A stretch of DNA of 64,000 bases, taken from the NCBI GenBank assembly GCA_963675595.2, contig CAXXLZ010000002.1, positions 4,666,253 through 4,730,252 of the forward strand. Reading direction: 5' to 3'. The position numbers and the translations under genes were made by a program. The notes under the pieces were generated by a model. That model saw only the letters and a list, made by a program, of their open reading frames with translations, did not search any database and was not told the origin of the DNA. Each line of letters opens with the position of its first letter. Within the stretch, counting starts at the first letter, position 1. This DNA comes from Thermodesulfobacteriota bacterium (GTDB taxonomy: Bacteria > Desulfobacterota > Desulfarculia > JACQYL01). Shown piece by piece: positions 18,762 to 29,266 of the stretch.

Positions 18762-20570
18762 TCAATTTGATCCCGGCATGTCCCACGTTTTCCTTGCGAT
18801 ATTTGTCAGCATCTTCTGCCTCTGTTCAATACTGCTTGAATCCCACACACCAAACTGGACGAGATCCTGAACCGCTCTGTTGAGCTGTGTGTCCGACCCG
18901 ACATGTGGCTTCTCCACCAGCGATTTTGTTAGAAGGAACGACGACTGGAGATAGCCGGGTCGTTTCTCGGCGTAGCCCCGGTTCGAGATGCTCGTGTTGA
19001 TCGTCTTTTCCAACAGTGTCAGGTTTCCCAGTTTGAGTTTGTAGTCGTGATACTCCGCCGGTTTGTCGAAACCGTTCAGGACGTCCTCTTCAGGCTGTTG
19101 CGGAAGGATATGCTCGACATGCACGGATGAATTCATATAGCCGTCCAGCTCTGTGAATTTCGGATTACCCCACGCATTCTCCTCGATGAACTGCGTAAGC
19201 TTGGCAAGAATATACCGCATCCGATACTGCTGAATGCTTGCTTGGTTGAGCTCGCTGAAGGCAAAGTCAAAGGGACTGCTTCTTTTGGTCATTTCGGGGA
19301 TCATATTTTCCTTCAGAAACGCGTCCAGGCCTTTCTCATCTTGAATGCCTTTGAGCCCCAGCGCCCAACGTGCGAAATTTCTCTCAAGGGTCTTTGACTG
19401 CTCGCGAGTGATGATATAGCAGAACAGAAGATTTTCAATGGCGCGGCAAAGCTTGTCAAATAGAGGCTTCGCCAGATTCCGGCCTGCGAGTAGCAGGATA
19501 TAATGCTGCCTCAGAGCACCGCCCAGAAGGGATAGATTGCGGAGATACCGATTTGCGACGCCCTTCGGATTCTTGGATTCCGAGAAGTAGGCATATGCCT
19601 CGGCGCATCCTATGAGCACATCTGCAAACCCTGTAGGATCTGTGTCAATCCCGCAGGCGGTCGAATTATTCACAAACCATTGATAGATTTCGTCTTCCCT
19701 GATACCCCGATGATGATCAATCTGGTGGTGAGCCATGATGTAATACCGCAGAAACCGCAATGGCTTCTCTTGGCAACGATCAAGAGTGTCGATCAGCCTT
19801 TTCCAACGCTCTTTGAGTTTCGGGTAGTCCTTGTTGTCGGTCTTCATGAACAGCAGATTCTTCAACAGGTCCATGGCGTTCAATCCGACGCCGCGGTCGT
19901 TGATGGTCTCAAAGACCTTCAAGGCATTAGCGATGTTCGGGGTCAAGATACGAATCAACTTGATTCGGTTCGTGAAAGCGACGAGGAACCTTTTGATCCT
20001 GCTTGGATCATTCTGGAGGTTGATGCGATAAAAGTCGCGGATGTCCCTGAGGGCCGCCAGAATTCTTTTCACTGATCGTGTTGTCTCCGGGAGGGAGTCG
20101 ATGGACTGTCCGCTCGTGACAATCTTTTCAAGAATCCCGTCGCTGTCCTGGTATTGCAGGGTGAGCCGCTGCCGCTCCACGTCCTCGCCCGTTCTTGAAT
20201 CCGAATAGACGTCCGAAATCTGACCGAGGAGCACCCGAGTGGGTTCATCGCCCGCTTGCTTCAAGGCATCCCTTGCGGCACACAAGATAAGATATATCGT
20301 GGTCAAGCGTTGCTGCCCGTCAATGAGCTGGAAGATGTTGTCCGACCTGTCCTTGCAGGCAACGATACTGCCGAGGAAATACTCCGGGCCTTCGATGATT
20401 TCGCCTTTCTCGTTATAAAACTCGTCGAGAATATCCTGAAGCAGCTTCTCCACCTGATCCCTCTCCCAGACGTATTCCCGCTGAAAATCGGGTACGGTAT
20501 AGAAATCCTTGAGTATTTGAGAGATGGTCAGGTCGTCGGATTCAATTCTAAACACATTGGATTCGGGCAT
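18762..20570 (-). CDS. DUF262-DUF1524 protein (GmrSD / SspE-like modification-dependent nuclease)
   Basis: FQREYVW, DGQQRLTT and FETINDRG. C-terminal HNH-like VEHILPQ...LGNLTLL...N. Confidence 0.9.
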   Translation of the reverse strand: MPESNVFRIESDDLTISQILKDFYTVPDFQREYVWERDQVEKLLQDILDEFYNEKGEIIEGPEYFLGSIVACKDRSDNIFQLIDGQQRLTTIYLILCAARDALKQAGDEPTRVLLGQISDVYSDSRTGEDVERQRLTLQYQDSDGILEKIVTSGQSIDSLPETTRSVKRILAALRDIRDFYRINLQNDPSRIKRFLVAFTNRIKLIRILTPNIANALKVFETINDRGVGLNAMDLLKNLLFMKTDNKDYPKLKERWKRLIDTLDRCQEKPLRFLRYYIMAHHQIDHHRGIREDEIYQWFVNNSTACGIDTDPTGFADVLIGCAEAYAYFSESKNPKGVANRYLRNLSLLGGALRQHYILLLAGRNLAKPLFDKLCRAIENLLFCYIITREQSKTLERNFARWALGLKGIQDEKGLDAFLKENMIPEMTKRSSPFDFAFSELNQASIQQYRMRYILAKLTQFIEENAWGNPKFTELDGYMNSSVHVEHILPQQPEEDVLNGFDKPAEYHDYKLKLGNLTLLEKTINTSISNRGYAEKRPGYLQSSFLLTKSLVEKPHVGSDTQLNRAVQDLVQFGVWDSSSIEQRQKMLTNIARKTWDMPGSN

Positions 20571-20573
20571 TCT

Positions 20574-21485
20574 TCATCCTCCGAGGGTGCCGGTTATGAT
20601 GAGCGGATACGCCGCCAAGTCGAAGGCCGGGCTTGCAGGGTCGTATTGCCCGCAGCGAAGATGGTACTGGTCGATGTCCAGGCGGGCGAGGTCGTCGGTC
20701 TCACCGTCCGCGCCGGCATCGAGGCCGTGATGGAAGGAAACCCCTCCGAGATCGGTCAGGATATAGCGGTTATGCAGCCTCTGACCGCCCGGCCTTTGGC
20801 ACCACTGGTATAGAGTGACTTGAAGTCCGTTAGGAATGAGTTTCTGAAAGGAACTCCGTAAGAAATTCGTCGTGCCGGCATGCAGGCCGGTATGAATCTC
20901 GATGAATTCCAGCGGACCGACGGGTCTTTCGTCTCCCAGGATGTCGAAAAAGGCGCGCAACGACCGCTGATAATTTGGCCTGCCTGGTGATATATGCGGG
21001 TCGACGAACTTCACCCACCGGCAGCAGGCAAGCATGTGCCGCACGGCCGCCGCCATCTCCTGAGCCTCGCGGTTGACCGTGATGCCGTGCGGGTTATCCC
21101 ACCCCGGACAGGGAGGGTCGCCAAGCCCGTCCTCGCAGAGTATTTCCGGCCGGGCAGCCGGGTTATTACGGGCCAATATGGCGCGGAAAGGATGGCGGGC
21201 ATGTTCCTGGGCGGCGTTGTCCAACCAAGTTCTGTTCTCGTCCCAAACACACTCTTTCCGCTTGATCATGGTCTGCTGAAGGCGTGCCAGCAGTTCCTCC
21301 AGCCGTTTCCTTTCCATCTCGCTGCCGCCTGCAAAGGAGTCCCAGACTTTCTTGGCCCATTTCTTCGGGTAACGGGAGACAAGCCGCCCCTGACCGGTGC
21401 CGAACTCCCGGATGAAATAGCGGTGGTTTAGCCGGTCGCCCCAGGTGGCGACCATTTCCGGCTCAAGAGCATACTCGGCGATCAT
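20574..21485 (-). CDS. Hypothetical protein with PLD-like C-terminal domain
   Basis: FVDPH...LHNRYILTD...HGLD pattern. Overlaps the upstream ATPase stop codon (ATGA). Confidence 0.6.
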   Translation of the reverse strand: MIAEYALEPEMVATWGDRLNHRYFIREFGTGQGRLVSRYPKKWAKKVWDSFAGGSEMERKRLEELLARLQQTMIKRKECVWDENRTWLDNAAQEHARHPFRAILARNNPAARPEILCEDGLGDPPCPGWDNPHGITVNREAQEMAAAVRHMLACCRWVKFVDPHISPGRPNYQRSLRAFFDILGDERPVGPLEFIEIHTGLHAGTTNFLRSSFQKLIPNGLQVTLYQWCQRPGGQRLHNRYILTDLGGVSFHHGLDAGADGETDDLARLDIDQYHLRCGQYDPASPAFDLAAYPLIITGTLGG

Positions 21486-23125
21486 GAGAAAAGCTCCTTG
21501 GCCCGCTCGGCAAAGAAGCCCTTCGGCCAGCGGTCGACAAAATCACCGTCTTCGTCCACCCGGATGGGAGTGCAGGTGATGCCGTTCTCACCCTGCTCAA
21601 CGAAATAGATGGAGAGTTCGGCCGGGCTCAGCGACAGATTCCCCGGGGCCTCCTGTTCGCCGGTCTCTCGAATCCGGCGCAGGAAACGAAGCATCAGGTG
21701 CTCGGAGTGGGTTTCCAGGATAAAGGTGAGGTCCGGGCGCAGCCGTGTCTGCTCGATGAAAAGGTCCCCCAGGGCCACCTGAATGGCGGGGTGGGTGTGC
21801 AGCTCGGGTTGCTCGACGACCAACATTCCGGTCTTCTGGTGCAGGGAGGCCACCACCACCGGCAGGACCTGGGAGATGCCGACGCCGATGTCCTGGGGGA
21901 CAAGCTCGATGTTGCGGGCCTCGTCATGAATCAGCAGGCGGCGCAGAATCGGCATTGCCAGCAGCTGTTCTCGAATATCCATGTCTTCGTCGAGAATGCG
22001 GCCCTGAAGCAGGGCCGGCATTAGCGGATGTTCTTCGTCCAATTCCCGGTATTTCTTCACCTTGACGCGATAGCCGGAATCAAGCCGTTCCTCGCCGGCC
22101 AGCCAGTCGTTTACCCGGTCGATAAAGGTCTCATCACTGAAAAACAGGGTGTCATAGGCAGCCAAGCCATTGGCCCAGCGGGAGGCATCGGGCGATGTGA
22201 TGGGTCTGTGCCCGCGCTTGGGAACTTCTCGCAGGGGGCCGAGGTAGCAGAGCCTGCTCAAACCGTCCCTGACCAATTCGCCGGGACCGGTGATGAGCGA
22301 ACTCAAGAGCTGAATGAAACTTCTTTCGTCCTCAAAGGTCACGTCCTTGTTCCACATGCTGTGATCCAACTTGAGCGGAACTCCCCATGCCGGCATGGCT
22401 GAGTCTTGCCCGGCCAATGCGATGTTCTTGGTGATTCCCGGCATCCCTCCTTCCGTATTCAGGAGCTCAAAGAGTCGAAGAAAAATCTCGCCAAAGGCTT
22501 CAATGGCTTCACCGTCGAGGCCTTCTCCTTGAAACAACTTTTTCAGGCGTCCTTTGGCCCCTTCAGGTGACGACTTACCAAGGAAAACCGGGTTAAAGGG
22601 CTCAATACGGGTCAGGTTGATCTGTTTGCCGTCCTCGGTCGTTTCGATGATCGCCAGCGTTTCACCGTTGACTCCGACCTCATAGGCGGTGAGGAGAGGT
22701 CGCTCAATCAGGCCGCTCCAGCGCATCGTGATTTTAACCCAGGCGCTATGAACTTCGGAAGGGATGGACCAGAGGTCTGGTTCCTGCCATTGCAGGAAAC
22801 CGTAATCTTCATAACCTTCCAAGTAACGAGGCAGATCCTCTCCCGAAAGGTCGAGATCAAGGCGCAGGGTGACGGGAAGGGCCAAGTCATGGCCGTGGAC
22901 CAGGGTCTCGAAGCCGCCCAGATCGATGGAGTCGCCGCCGAGCAGGGTCCTGTCCGGATTTAGGTTCCGGCGCTCGAAGATTTCTCGGGCATAGTGCAGG
23001 GCATGGATGATGGTGGACTTGCCTGCTGAGTTGGGACCGAAGAGCAAGGTGATGGGCTTCAACTCCACCCGCACCGGCTCTCGGATGCCCTTGAAATTCT
23101 CGATGGTGAGGGCGGTGATGGGCAT
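21482..23125 (-). CDS. ABC-type (AAA_21-like) ATPase with DUF3696-like tail
   Basis: IENFKG, GPNSAGKST, IGVGISQVLPV, VEQPELHTHP, ETHSEH and RWPKGFF. Confidence 0.88.
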   Translation of the reverse strand: MPITALTIENFKGIREPVRVELKPITLLFGPNSAGKSTIIHALHYAREIFERRNLNPDRTLLGGDSIDLGGFETLVHGHDLALPVTLRLDLDLSGEDLPRYLEGYEDYGFLQWQEPDLWSIPSEVHSAWVKITMRWSGLIERPLLTAYEVGVNGETLAIIETTEDGKQINLTRIEPFNPVFLGKSSPEGAKGRLKKLFQGEGLDGEAIEAFGEIFLRLFELLNTEGGMPGITKNIALAGQDSAMPAWGVPLKLDHSMWNKDVTFEDERSFIQLLSSLITGPGELVRDGLSRLCYLGPLREVPKRGHRPITSPDASRWANGLAAYDTLFFSDETFIDRVNDWLAGEERLDSGYRVKVKKYRELDEEHPLMPALLQGRILDEDMDIREQLLAMPILRRLLIHDEARNIELVPQDIGVGISQVLPVVVASLHQKTGMLVVEQPELHTHPAIQVALGDLFIEQTRLRPDLTFILETHSEHLMLRFLRRIRETGEQEAPGNLSLSPAELSIYFVEQGENGITCTPIRVDEDGDFVDRWPKGFFAERAKELFS

Positions 23126-24312
23126 TACAGTTCTCCTCGAAAGGCACGCTGGGTGAGGGAATTGAAAAGCCGACTTTTTTCATCCCCGATCCAAAATTGT
23201 TTCGATAGCAATTCCTTAATCTTGTTTCGTAAATTAACATATCGTTTCTGCTCATTCTTGCTAGGCAATGGAATGGGATATTCAGCGAGTTCAGTAATTT
23301 GAAGATGCTGTAAAGCATTTCCTTTTCCCATACTTTTAATTTTGTACTGAACTGGCGGAGTTGAAAGAAAACCTTCAAGGTAACTACTTTCTATTTTTGA
23401 AGAATCTGGTTTTATTAAAGCAACCGATTGGTTAATGCAAACTTCGTGGTCAAGATAAAAGACTGAACAACGACCTATTGTACCGTCCTTGGTTATCAAA
23501 ATATCGCCTTTTTGTGGTTTTGATTTGTCTGTAAGTGCCTCGAATTGATTCTTGTCAGCGAAGTTTACATTGTGTAAATCTATGGATCCCATATGGACAT
23601 TTTTTGCAGTAATTATTGGAATACCTTTTTTGAGATGTTTCATAGGACAAGTAAAACCGTAAGTTATTCTTGATGTAATATTCCTTAGTTGCACAGTCTG
23701 ATATTTACTTCTATTACTTACCGGGTCCCCAAACATATCAAGGAAGGTGGCGCGGAGGAAATCGTCGGCGAGTTTGATGGCGGCTTGCCGTTTGCGGCGG
23801 ATGGCGTCGGCCTTGTCCAGAATGGCCGCGATGCGTTTTTGCTCTTCCAGTGGTGGGAGGGGGATTTCTACTCTGCTAATGACTTCTTTTGAGACCTCTT
23901 TAAAGGTCGCACCGTTGCCGAGTTCCGCAATCCTGGGAGCCATCCACTTCATGCAGTGATACAAATACTCAGAATGAACTGTATCCCCAGGAACCAGACT
24001 TTTAAAACCCTGGTTAGTGCACATTTCACGACCGGTTAGCGCAACCAAGCCTATTGGTGCTCGTGAGCTGAAGAGAACAGACCCTTTCGGCAAAAGCGTA
24101 GCCGAACAACTCTTATGACCCGCTCTAGAAATATATTCAGGAGTGTCCTCTAAAATGGGACCGTCAAGGGCACTTATATCTTTGGGAGTTACCCAAGGAA
24201 TATGGTTGTCCCAATACTCGGGAACATTCCGCCGAGGCGTTGCGCCTGAGACAATCTTGCAACACTCTCCAAGGGACACAATACGCCAATTTTTCGGCAA
24301 ACTATGGGTCAT
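23125..24312 (-). CDS. hsdS: Type I restriction-modification specificity subunit
   Basis: Two TRDs and the conserved spacer [21 protein letters not shown]-terminal [11 protein letters not shown]. Confidence 0.95.
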   Translation of the reverse strand: MTHSLPKNWRIVSLGECCKIVSGATPRRNVPEYWDNHIPWVTPKDISALDGPILEDTPEYISRAGHKSCSATLLPKGSVLFSSRAPIGLVALTGREMCTNQGFKSLVPGDTVHSEYLYHCMKWMAPRIAELGNGATFKEVSKEVISRVEIPLPPLEEQKRIAAILDKADAIRRKRQAAIKLADDFLRATFLDMFGDPVSNRSKYQTVQLRNITSRITYGFTCPMKHLKKGIPIITAKNVHMGSIDLHNVNFADKNQFEALTDKSKPQKGDILITKDGTIGRCSVFYLDHEVCINQSVALIKPDSSKIESSYLEGFLSTPPVQYKIKSMGKGNALQHLQITELAEYPIPLPSKNEQKRYVNLRNKIKELLSKQFWIGDEKSRLFNSLTQRAFRGEL

Positions 24313-25868
24313 CCCAGCATCCCCCGCAGCTCTTCCATATCCGCCATAATCTCCTTCTCCAAGTCCATCATCCTGTCGAGTATCTCCCGGGGCGGATCAT
24401 ACGCCTCTTCCTGGTAGACCGTTTCCTTGTAGCGGTTGATGGAGAGGTCGTACTTGTTTTCCCTGATGTCGGCGGTCGGCACAAAGAAATGCTTCCTGGT
24501 CCGGTCGGTGTCTTTCTTGGGGTCGCGCCGCCTCCAGCGCTCCAGCATGTCCGGCAGGTCGTTGGTTTCCACCTCCGCACGTTTGTCGTCCAGGGAAAAG
24601 CCGTCCGCCTGTACGTCATAGAAAAACACGTCTTCGGTCCGACCGCCCTTGGTGAAGACAATGACGGCGGTGGACACCCCGGCATAGGGCTTGAACACCC
24701 CGGAGGGCAGTGAGATCACGGCCTCCAGCTGGTTGTCGTCCACCAGCATTTTTCGGAGGGCCTGGTGGGCCTTGGAAGAGCCGAAAAGCACGCCGTCCGG
24801 TACAATGGTGGCGGATCTTCCGCCGGTCTTAAGCATCTTCAAGATCAGGGTCACGAAAAGCAGCTCGGTCTTCTTGGTCTTGACCTTTCTCAGGAGCGAG
24901 GGGTGGACGTCATCATAATCCAGGCTGCCCTTGAAGGGCGGATTGGCCATTACCACGTCGAAATAGCTCTCGGCCTGTTTCGGGAAACGCTCCGGGAAGC
25001 TGTTGGAGAGCGTATCGGTGTAATGGATGTTCGGCGAGTCGACGTTATGGAGCAACAGGTTCATAGCCGCGATGCGCAGCATGGTGGCGTCGAAGTCGAA
25101 ACCGTGCAAAAGCCGGGACTCGATATGGTCACGGAAGGGCTCCAATTGGTCGCCGGGGTAGATGAGATTACCGTCCTCGTCCGGGTATTCCATGCCGGGG
25201 GTGGTGTACTCTTTCTGCAGGTAATGCATGGTCTGCACCAGGAAGCCGGCGGTGCCGCAGGCCGGGTCGCCGATCACCTCATCGGGCTTGGGATCGAGCA
25301 TCTCCACCATCTTGGCGATGATGTGGCGAGGGGTGCGAAACTGTCCGGCAATGCCGGCGGTGGTCAGCTTGCTCAGCATGTACTCGTAAAGATCGCCCTT
25401 GGTGTCGCCTTTGGCGAGCGGCAGCTTGTCGATGGTGTTGACCGCAATGACCAGCAGGCTCGGCTTCTGAATGAGAAGTTGGGCGTCTTTCATGTATTCG
25501 CCGAACTTGGCCCCGTCCATGGCCACGGTCTTGAAGTGGGGAAAGACGCCGTCGCGAACCACGCGGAGCATGTCTTCACCGCTCAAATGCTTGAGATTGG
25601 ACCATCGCAAATCCTGCTCGGTTTTGACCAATCCCTCCAGGGCCTTGCGGCGGGCCTCGTCTTGAAGAGGCTTTTCACTGAAGATGCGGCGGAAGGGCTT
25701 GCCGGTGCGGGCCGCTTTCTTCTCCTCCCGAGACTCCCGGATGTCGAGCAGGCGGGCAAACATCAGAAAGGATATCTGCTCGATGACCGAAAGGGGGTTG
25801 GCGATGCCGCCGGACCAGAAATCATCCCAGAGTTTGTCTATATTGCTTCTCAGCCGGCCGTTGATCAT
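24309..25868 (-). CDS. hsdM: Type I R-M N6-adenine methyltransferase
   Basis: [18 protein letters not shown] and ANPPF. Confidence 0.96.
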   Translation of the reverse strand: MINGRLRSNIDKLWDDFWSGGIANPLSVIEQISFLMFARLLDIRESREEKKAARTGKPFRRIFSEKPLQDEARRKALEGLVKTEQDLRWSNLKHLSGEDMLRVVRDGVFPHFKTVAMDGAKFGEYMKDAQLLIQKPSLLVIAVNTIDKLPLAKGDTKGDLYEYMLSKLTTAGIAGQFRTPRHIIAKMVEMLDPKPDEVIGDPACGTAGFLVQTMHYLQKEYTTPGMEYPDEDGNLIYPGDQLEPFRDHIESRLLHGFDFDATMLRIAAMNLLLHNVDSPNIHYTDTLSNSFPERFPKQAESYFDVVMANPPFKGSLDYDDVHPSLLRKVKTKKTELLFVTLILKMLKTGGRSATIVPDGVLFGSSKAHQALRKMLVDDNQLEAVISLPSGVFKPYAGVSTAVIVFTKGGRTEDVFFYDVQADGFSLDDKRAEVETNDLPDMLERWRRRDPKKDTDRTRKHFFVPTADIRENKYDLSINRYKETVYQEEAYDPPREILDRMMDLEKEIMADMEELRGMLG

Positions 25869-28800
25869 ATTGAAGCTCCCGCCTGCGGTTGAAAGGTCTG
25901 AATGATGTTGATCAGCTCGTCGATTTGGGCATCGTCATGAAAAACGCCGTCCGGGCCGTCGCTGGCTATGGTAATGAAAGGTTCCTCGTAGAGTCTGTCC
26001 ACGGTGATGACTCCGTATTTCTGGATATGGTTCTTGAGAAGGCGCAAAAAATGGGTCTGACGTGAGTTTTCAGCGAACCTGCGTGCAAAGTCGGCGAATC
26101 GTTCTTCCACAGCCTCAGGCTCCATGCCGATAATGGTGCGGATGATGAAATCAAGGGGCGGGGCCGATTCGGGGAAAAACTCGCGAAGCAGCTCCAGGTT
26201 CACATCCGGATTTTGAGTGAGGGTAAGCGAAATGAGCGATTCCAGGTCTTTCTTGGAAACCGGATCGCCTCGTCTGATCTTCCTGAGGGCCGGACTGGTG
26301 TCGAAGAGTTTTACCAAAGTCTCCTCCACCATCTGGCGATAAAGCTGCATGTCGATGGAGCGGACGTTGCTGGTGCGTCGGTCGAGCCTCACGTCACCGT
26401 CGGTTACGTCGATGGTCTTGGGCGGCAAAAGGCCGGCGCCGGTCGGCTTCTGCCGGTGGTGCATGATGCCCCGCAGTCCTTGACGCGCCTCTTCAAGCGC
26501 CGCAACGTCGACATGTTCCCAGAACTGCGAGGAGAGAACTTTCTTGATCAATTCCGCCCGAGCCTGCACCGGGTTGAGGTGCATGAGAAGACCGCTCACT
26601 CGGTCTTGGGTCTGGTCGCGGAAGTCGGCCAGGCGGCCGGAGTCGCGTAGAAGCTCGATCTGGGCGTTGGTCGTCAACAGGTCGAAGCCGTAGGCGTCGT
26701 TATGATCGCGGGTAAAGACCCACTGCATGAGCGGCGCGATGTCGTTTTTGAGAGCGGCCGCCGTAGCCGGGGCGAACTGGTCCAGCACTCCTTTCGCGAG
26801 GATGGCGGTCTTCGCCTTCCACCTCTCCCGTACGGCGATGGTGTCGTCGGGTAGGGTGTTGATGTCCTTTCTGATCAATTCCACCGTGGCTTTCACGGTG
26901 TCGAGATCAGCCTTGGCCAGGGCGGTTTCCGCGAGATGAATGCGGGCCTCGAAAACAAGCTGCATCACGCTCTTGGAAGGGGCCGGATCAGCCTCCGGCC
27001 GCTCGACCTCGAACCGCTCGAAATTGCCCCAGTGATCGAAGATGCGGAAGTTTTTCTTATCCTTGCCGGGTCCGAAGAGATTGGGGCGGAGGCGGGTGCC
27101 CCGGCCGATCATCTGCCAGAACTTCACCCAGGAGAAGACCGGTTTGGCAAAGACCAGGTTGACCACTTCGGGCACGTCGATGCCGGTGTCGAGCATGTCC
27201 ACGGACACCGCGATGGTGAGCAGGTTGTCCGGCTCTTTGAAGTCGTCGATGAGTTGCTCGGCGCGAGGGTCGTAGTTGTCGATCACCTGGCAGAACTTGC
27301 CGCCGTACTGGGGATAGAGTTCGTCGAAGACCTGGGCCAGCATCACGGCGTGGTGGTGGTTGCGGGCGAACACGATGGTCTTGCCGGGGCGTTGGCCGGC
27401 ACCGTCTCGGATGCCGTGTTCCATCAGGTTGCGGATGATCTCCCGATTGGTGTCCCGGTTGAATATCTTCTTGTCGATGTCTTTGGAGTCGTAGTTGAAG
27501 GCTTCCGGGTTTTCGCCGGCGTCCTCCAGCTCTTCCCGCTGTTCCTCGGTCAGTTGGGCGAACCTGATGCCTTCGCGCAAGAACCCGGTGGTGTGAGTAT
27601 AAACCTCATAGGGCACCAGGTATTTCTCTTCGACCGCCTGCTCTATCGAGTAATAGGCGGTGGGGTTCTTATCCTGGCAGTCGAAAAGCTTGAAGGTGTT
27701 GCGGTTGATCTTGTCCACCGGCGTGGCGGTCAGGCCCACCTGCAGGCAGTCGAACCACTTGAACAGGTCGCGGTACCGATTGTAGATGGAACGGTGCGAT
27801 TCGTCGGCAATGATCAGGTCGAAAAAACCGGTGTCAAAGGTCTGGAATATCTTCATCATGGCCGGGTAGGTGGCCAGATAAATGCGCTTGTTGCGGTCCT
27901 GCGCAGTCTTGGCGGTAACATAGGTGAGTGGCGCGGACATGAACTCACCGAAAACCTTCTTCGCCTGCTTGCGGAGTTCCAGACGGTCGCAGAGAAAGAG
28001 GATACGCTGGCCCCAGTTGGTCCGCGAAAGCATGTCCGCGAGGGCCACGGCCACCCTGGTCTTGCCGGTGCCGGTGGCCTGTACGATGAGGGCTTTGCGG
28101 TGCTTGGCGGTAAACTGTTCACAGACCTTCTGGATAGCCTCGATTTGGTAAATACGGGCGCCGATGATCTCCTCTTTGGGCTCCGCCTTGGTCAGGGGCT
28201 GTTTGATCTCGCGCTGACGCACCAGATATTCAAGGCTGTCCTTGGAATAAAAGCCGAAGAGACTGCGGGGCGGGTACTCCTGGGCGTCGTCCCAGATGGA
28301 GATGTCGAATCCGTTGGTGTAGAAGATCACCGGCCGCAGGCCGTGCTCCTTTTCCAGACCATCGGCATAGAGTCTCGCCTGAGTTCGGCCCTTTTCGGCA
28401 CTCACGGCGGTCTTTTTGGCTTCGATGACCGCAAGGGGTTTCCCGGCATCGCTCCAGAGAACGTAATCGGCATAGCCGATTCCTGTTTCGGTAGGCTGGT
28501 GGGGCACGTTAACCTCCTGCCAAACCTCGGCGGTGTTGCCGTTGTTCGGATCGACGTTCCATCCGGCCGCAACCAGCTGCTTGTTGATCAGGCGTTTCCT
28601 GGTCGTGGCCTCGTCGAACTTGAGGGCGTCGGCGGCCTGCCTGCCCGCCTGCTTGAAGGCCAGAAGCTCGGCCTCGGTTCTCTCGGCCTTTTCGGCTTTG
28701 GCGCGGAGCGCCTCCATCTGCTGGAGAAGCTCTTGCAGCTGAGCTTCCTGGGAAGCGAGTTTTTCCAGCGCCGCCTTCTTCTCTTTCTTCAGCCTGGCTT

Positions 28801-29236
28801 TGGTGTCCTCGGGCGGGGGCGCTTGATAGGCTGGCTGGTCTTCGGGACGGCCGCCGCCATACGCGGCAAAGTACCACCAGCCCAGTTCCCAGGCTTCGCG
28901 GAGGCTGCCAAGGGCTGTCTCACTGTCAATCCGATCACCGTGTGCCGCCTTGTTGCCGTCGAGACGGATCTGGTGCAGCTTGTCCAGCACCACCTTGGGC
29001 ACGGTGTCCTTGAAGGACTCTTCACCGAGCAGATCGAAGAGGTTGCGTTGATAGGGCAGGGCGAGGTTATGGATCCGGTAGATCCCTTCCACCAAGTGTT
29101 CGGTGAAGGTTCGGAGCTTGATGAGTGCACTTGAGGGGTCGGCGTGGGCGTACCGTTCGGCGAAACCACCCAGGATAGCCAACTCCGGCCACTGCTCCCG
29201 AAGCATCTCAAAATTTATCGAATCCATGATTTCCAT
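25865..29236 (-). CDS. hsdR: Type I R-M restriction subunit (EcoKI/EcoEI-like)
   Basis: ADYVL...IEAK nuclease, ATGTGKT, DESHR, TATP and QMIGRGTR. Confidence 0.95.
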   Translation of the reverse strand: MEIMDSINFEMLREQWPELAILGGFAERYAHADPSSALIKLRTFTEHLVEGIYRIHNLALPYQRNLFDLLGEESFKDTVPKVVLDKLHQIRLDGNKAAHGDRIDSETALGSLREAWELGWWYFAAYGGGRPEDQPAYQAPPPEDTKARLKKEKKAALEKLASQEAQLQELLQQMEALRAKAEKAERTEAELLAFKQAGRQAADALKFDEATTRKRLINKQLVAAGWNVDPNNGNTAEVWQEVNVPHQPTETGIGYADYVLWSDAGKPLAVIEAKKTAVSAEKGRTQARLYADGLEKEHGLRPVIFYTNGFDISIWDDAQEYPPRSLFGFYSKDSLEYLVRQREIKQPLTKAEPKEEIIGARIYQIEAIQKVCEQFTAKHRKALIVQATGTGKTRVAVALADMLSRTNWGQRILFLCDRLELRKQAKKVFGEFMSAPLTYVTAKTAQDRNKRIYLATYPAMMKIFQTFDTGFFDLIIADESHRSIYNRYRDLFKWFDCLQVGLTATPVDKINRNTFKLFDCQDKNPTAYYSIEQAVEEKYLVPYEVYTHTTGFLREGIRFAQLTEEQREELEDAGENPEAFNYDSKDIDKKIFNRDTNREIIRNLMEHGIRDGAGQRPGKTIVFARNHHHAVMLAQVFDELYPQYGGKFCQVIDNYDPRAEQLIDDFKEPDNLLTIAVSVDMLDTGIDVPEVVNLVFAKPVFSWVKFWQMIGRGTRLRPNLFGPGKDKKNFRIFDHWGNFERFEVERPEADPAPSKSVMQLVFEARIHLAETALAKADLDTVKATVELIRKDINTLPDDTIAVRERWKAKTAILAKGVLDQFAPATAAALKNDIAPLMQWVFTRDHNDAYGFDLLTTNAQIELLRDSGRLADFRDQTQDRVSGLLMHLNPVQARAELIKKVLSSQFWEHVDVAALEEARQGLRGIMHHRQKPTGAGLLPPKTIDVTDGDVRLDRRTSNVRSIDMQLYRQMVEETLVKLFDTSPALRKIRRGDPVSKKDLESLISLTLTQNPDVNLELLREFFPESAPPLDFIIRTIIGMEPEAVEERFADFARRFAENSRQTHFLRLLKNHIQKYGVITVDRLYEEPFITIASDGPDGVFHDDAQIDELINIIQTFQPQAGASI

Positions 29237-29266
29237 GCCCCCTATACAGCAACCGCCGTGCCAAAC

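Noticed and set aside
26936-29134. 732-aa plus-strand ORF, and similar long ORFs at 1757-2950, 12155-13762, 24765-25892, 29144-30391, 59038-60561 and 61541-63004
   Set aside because: Antisense shadows of well-supported genes in GC-rich DNA, with no recognisable motifs.
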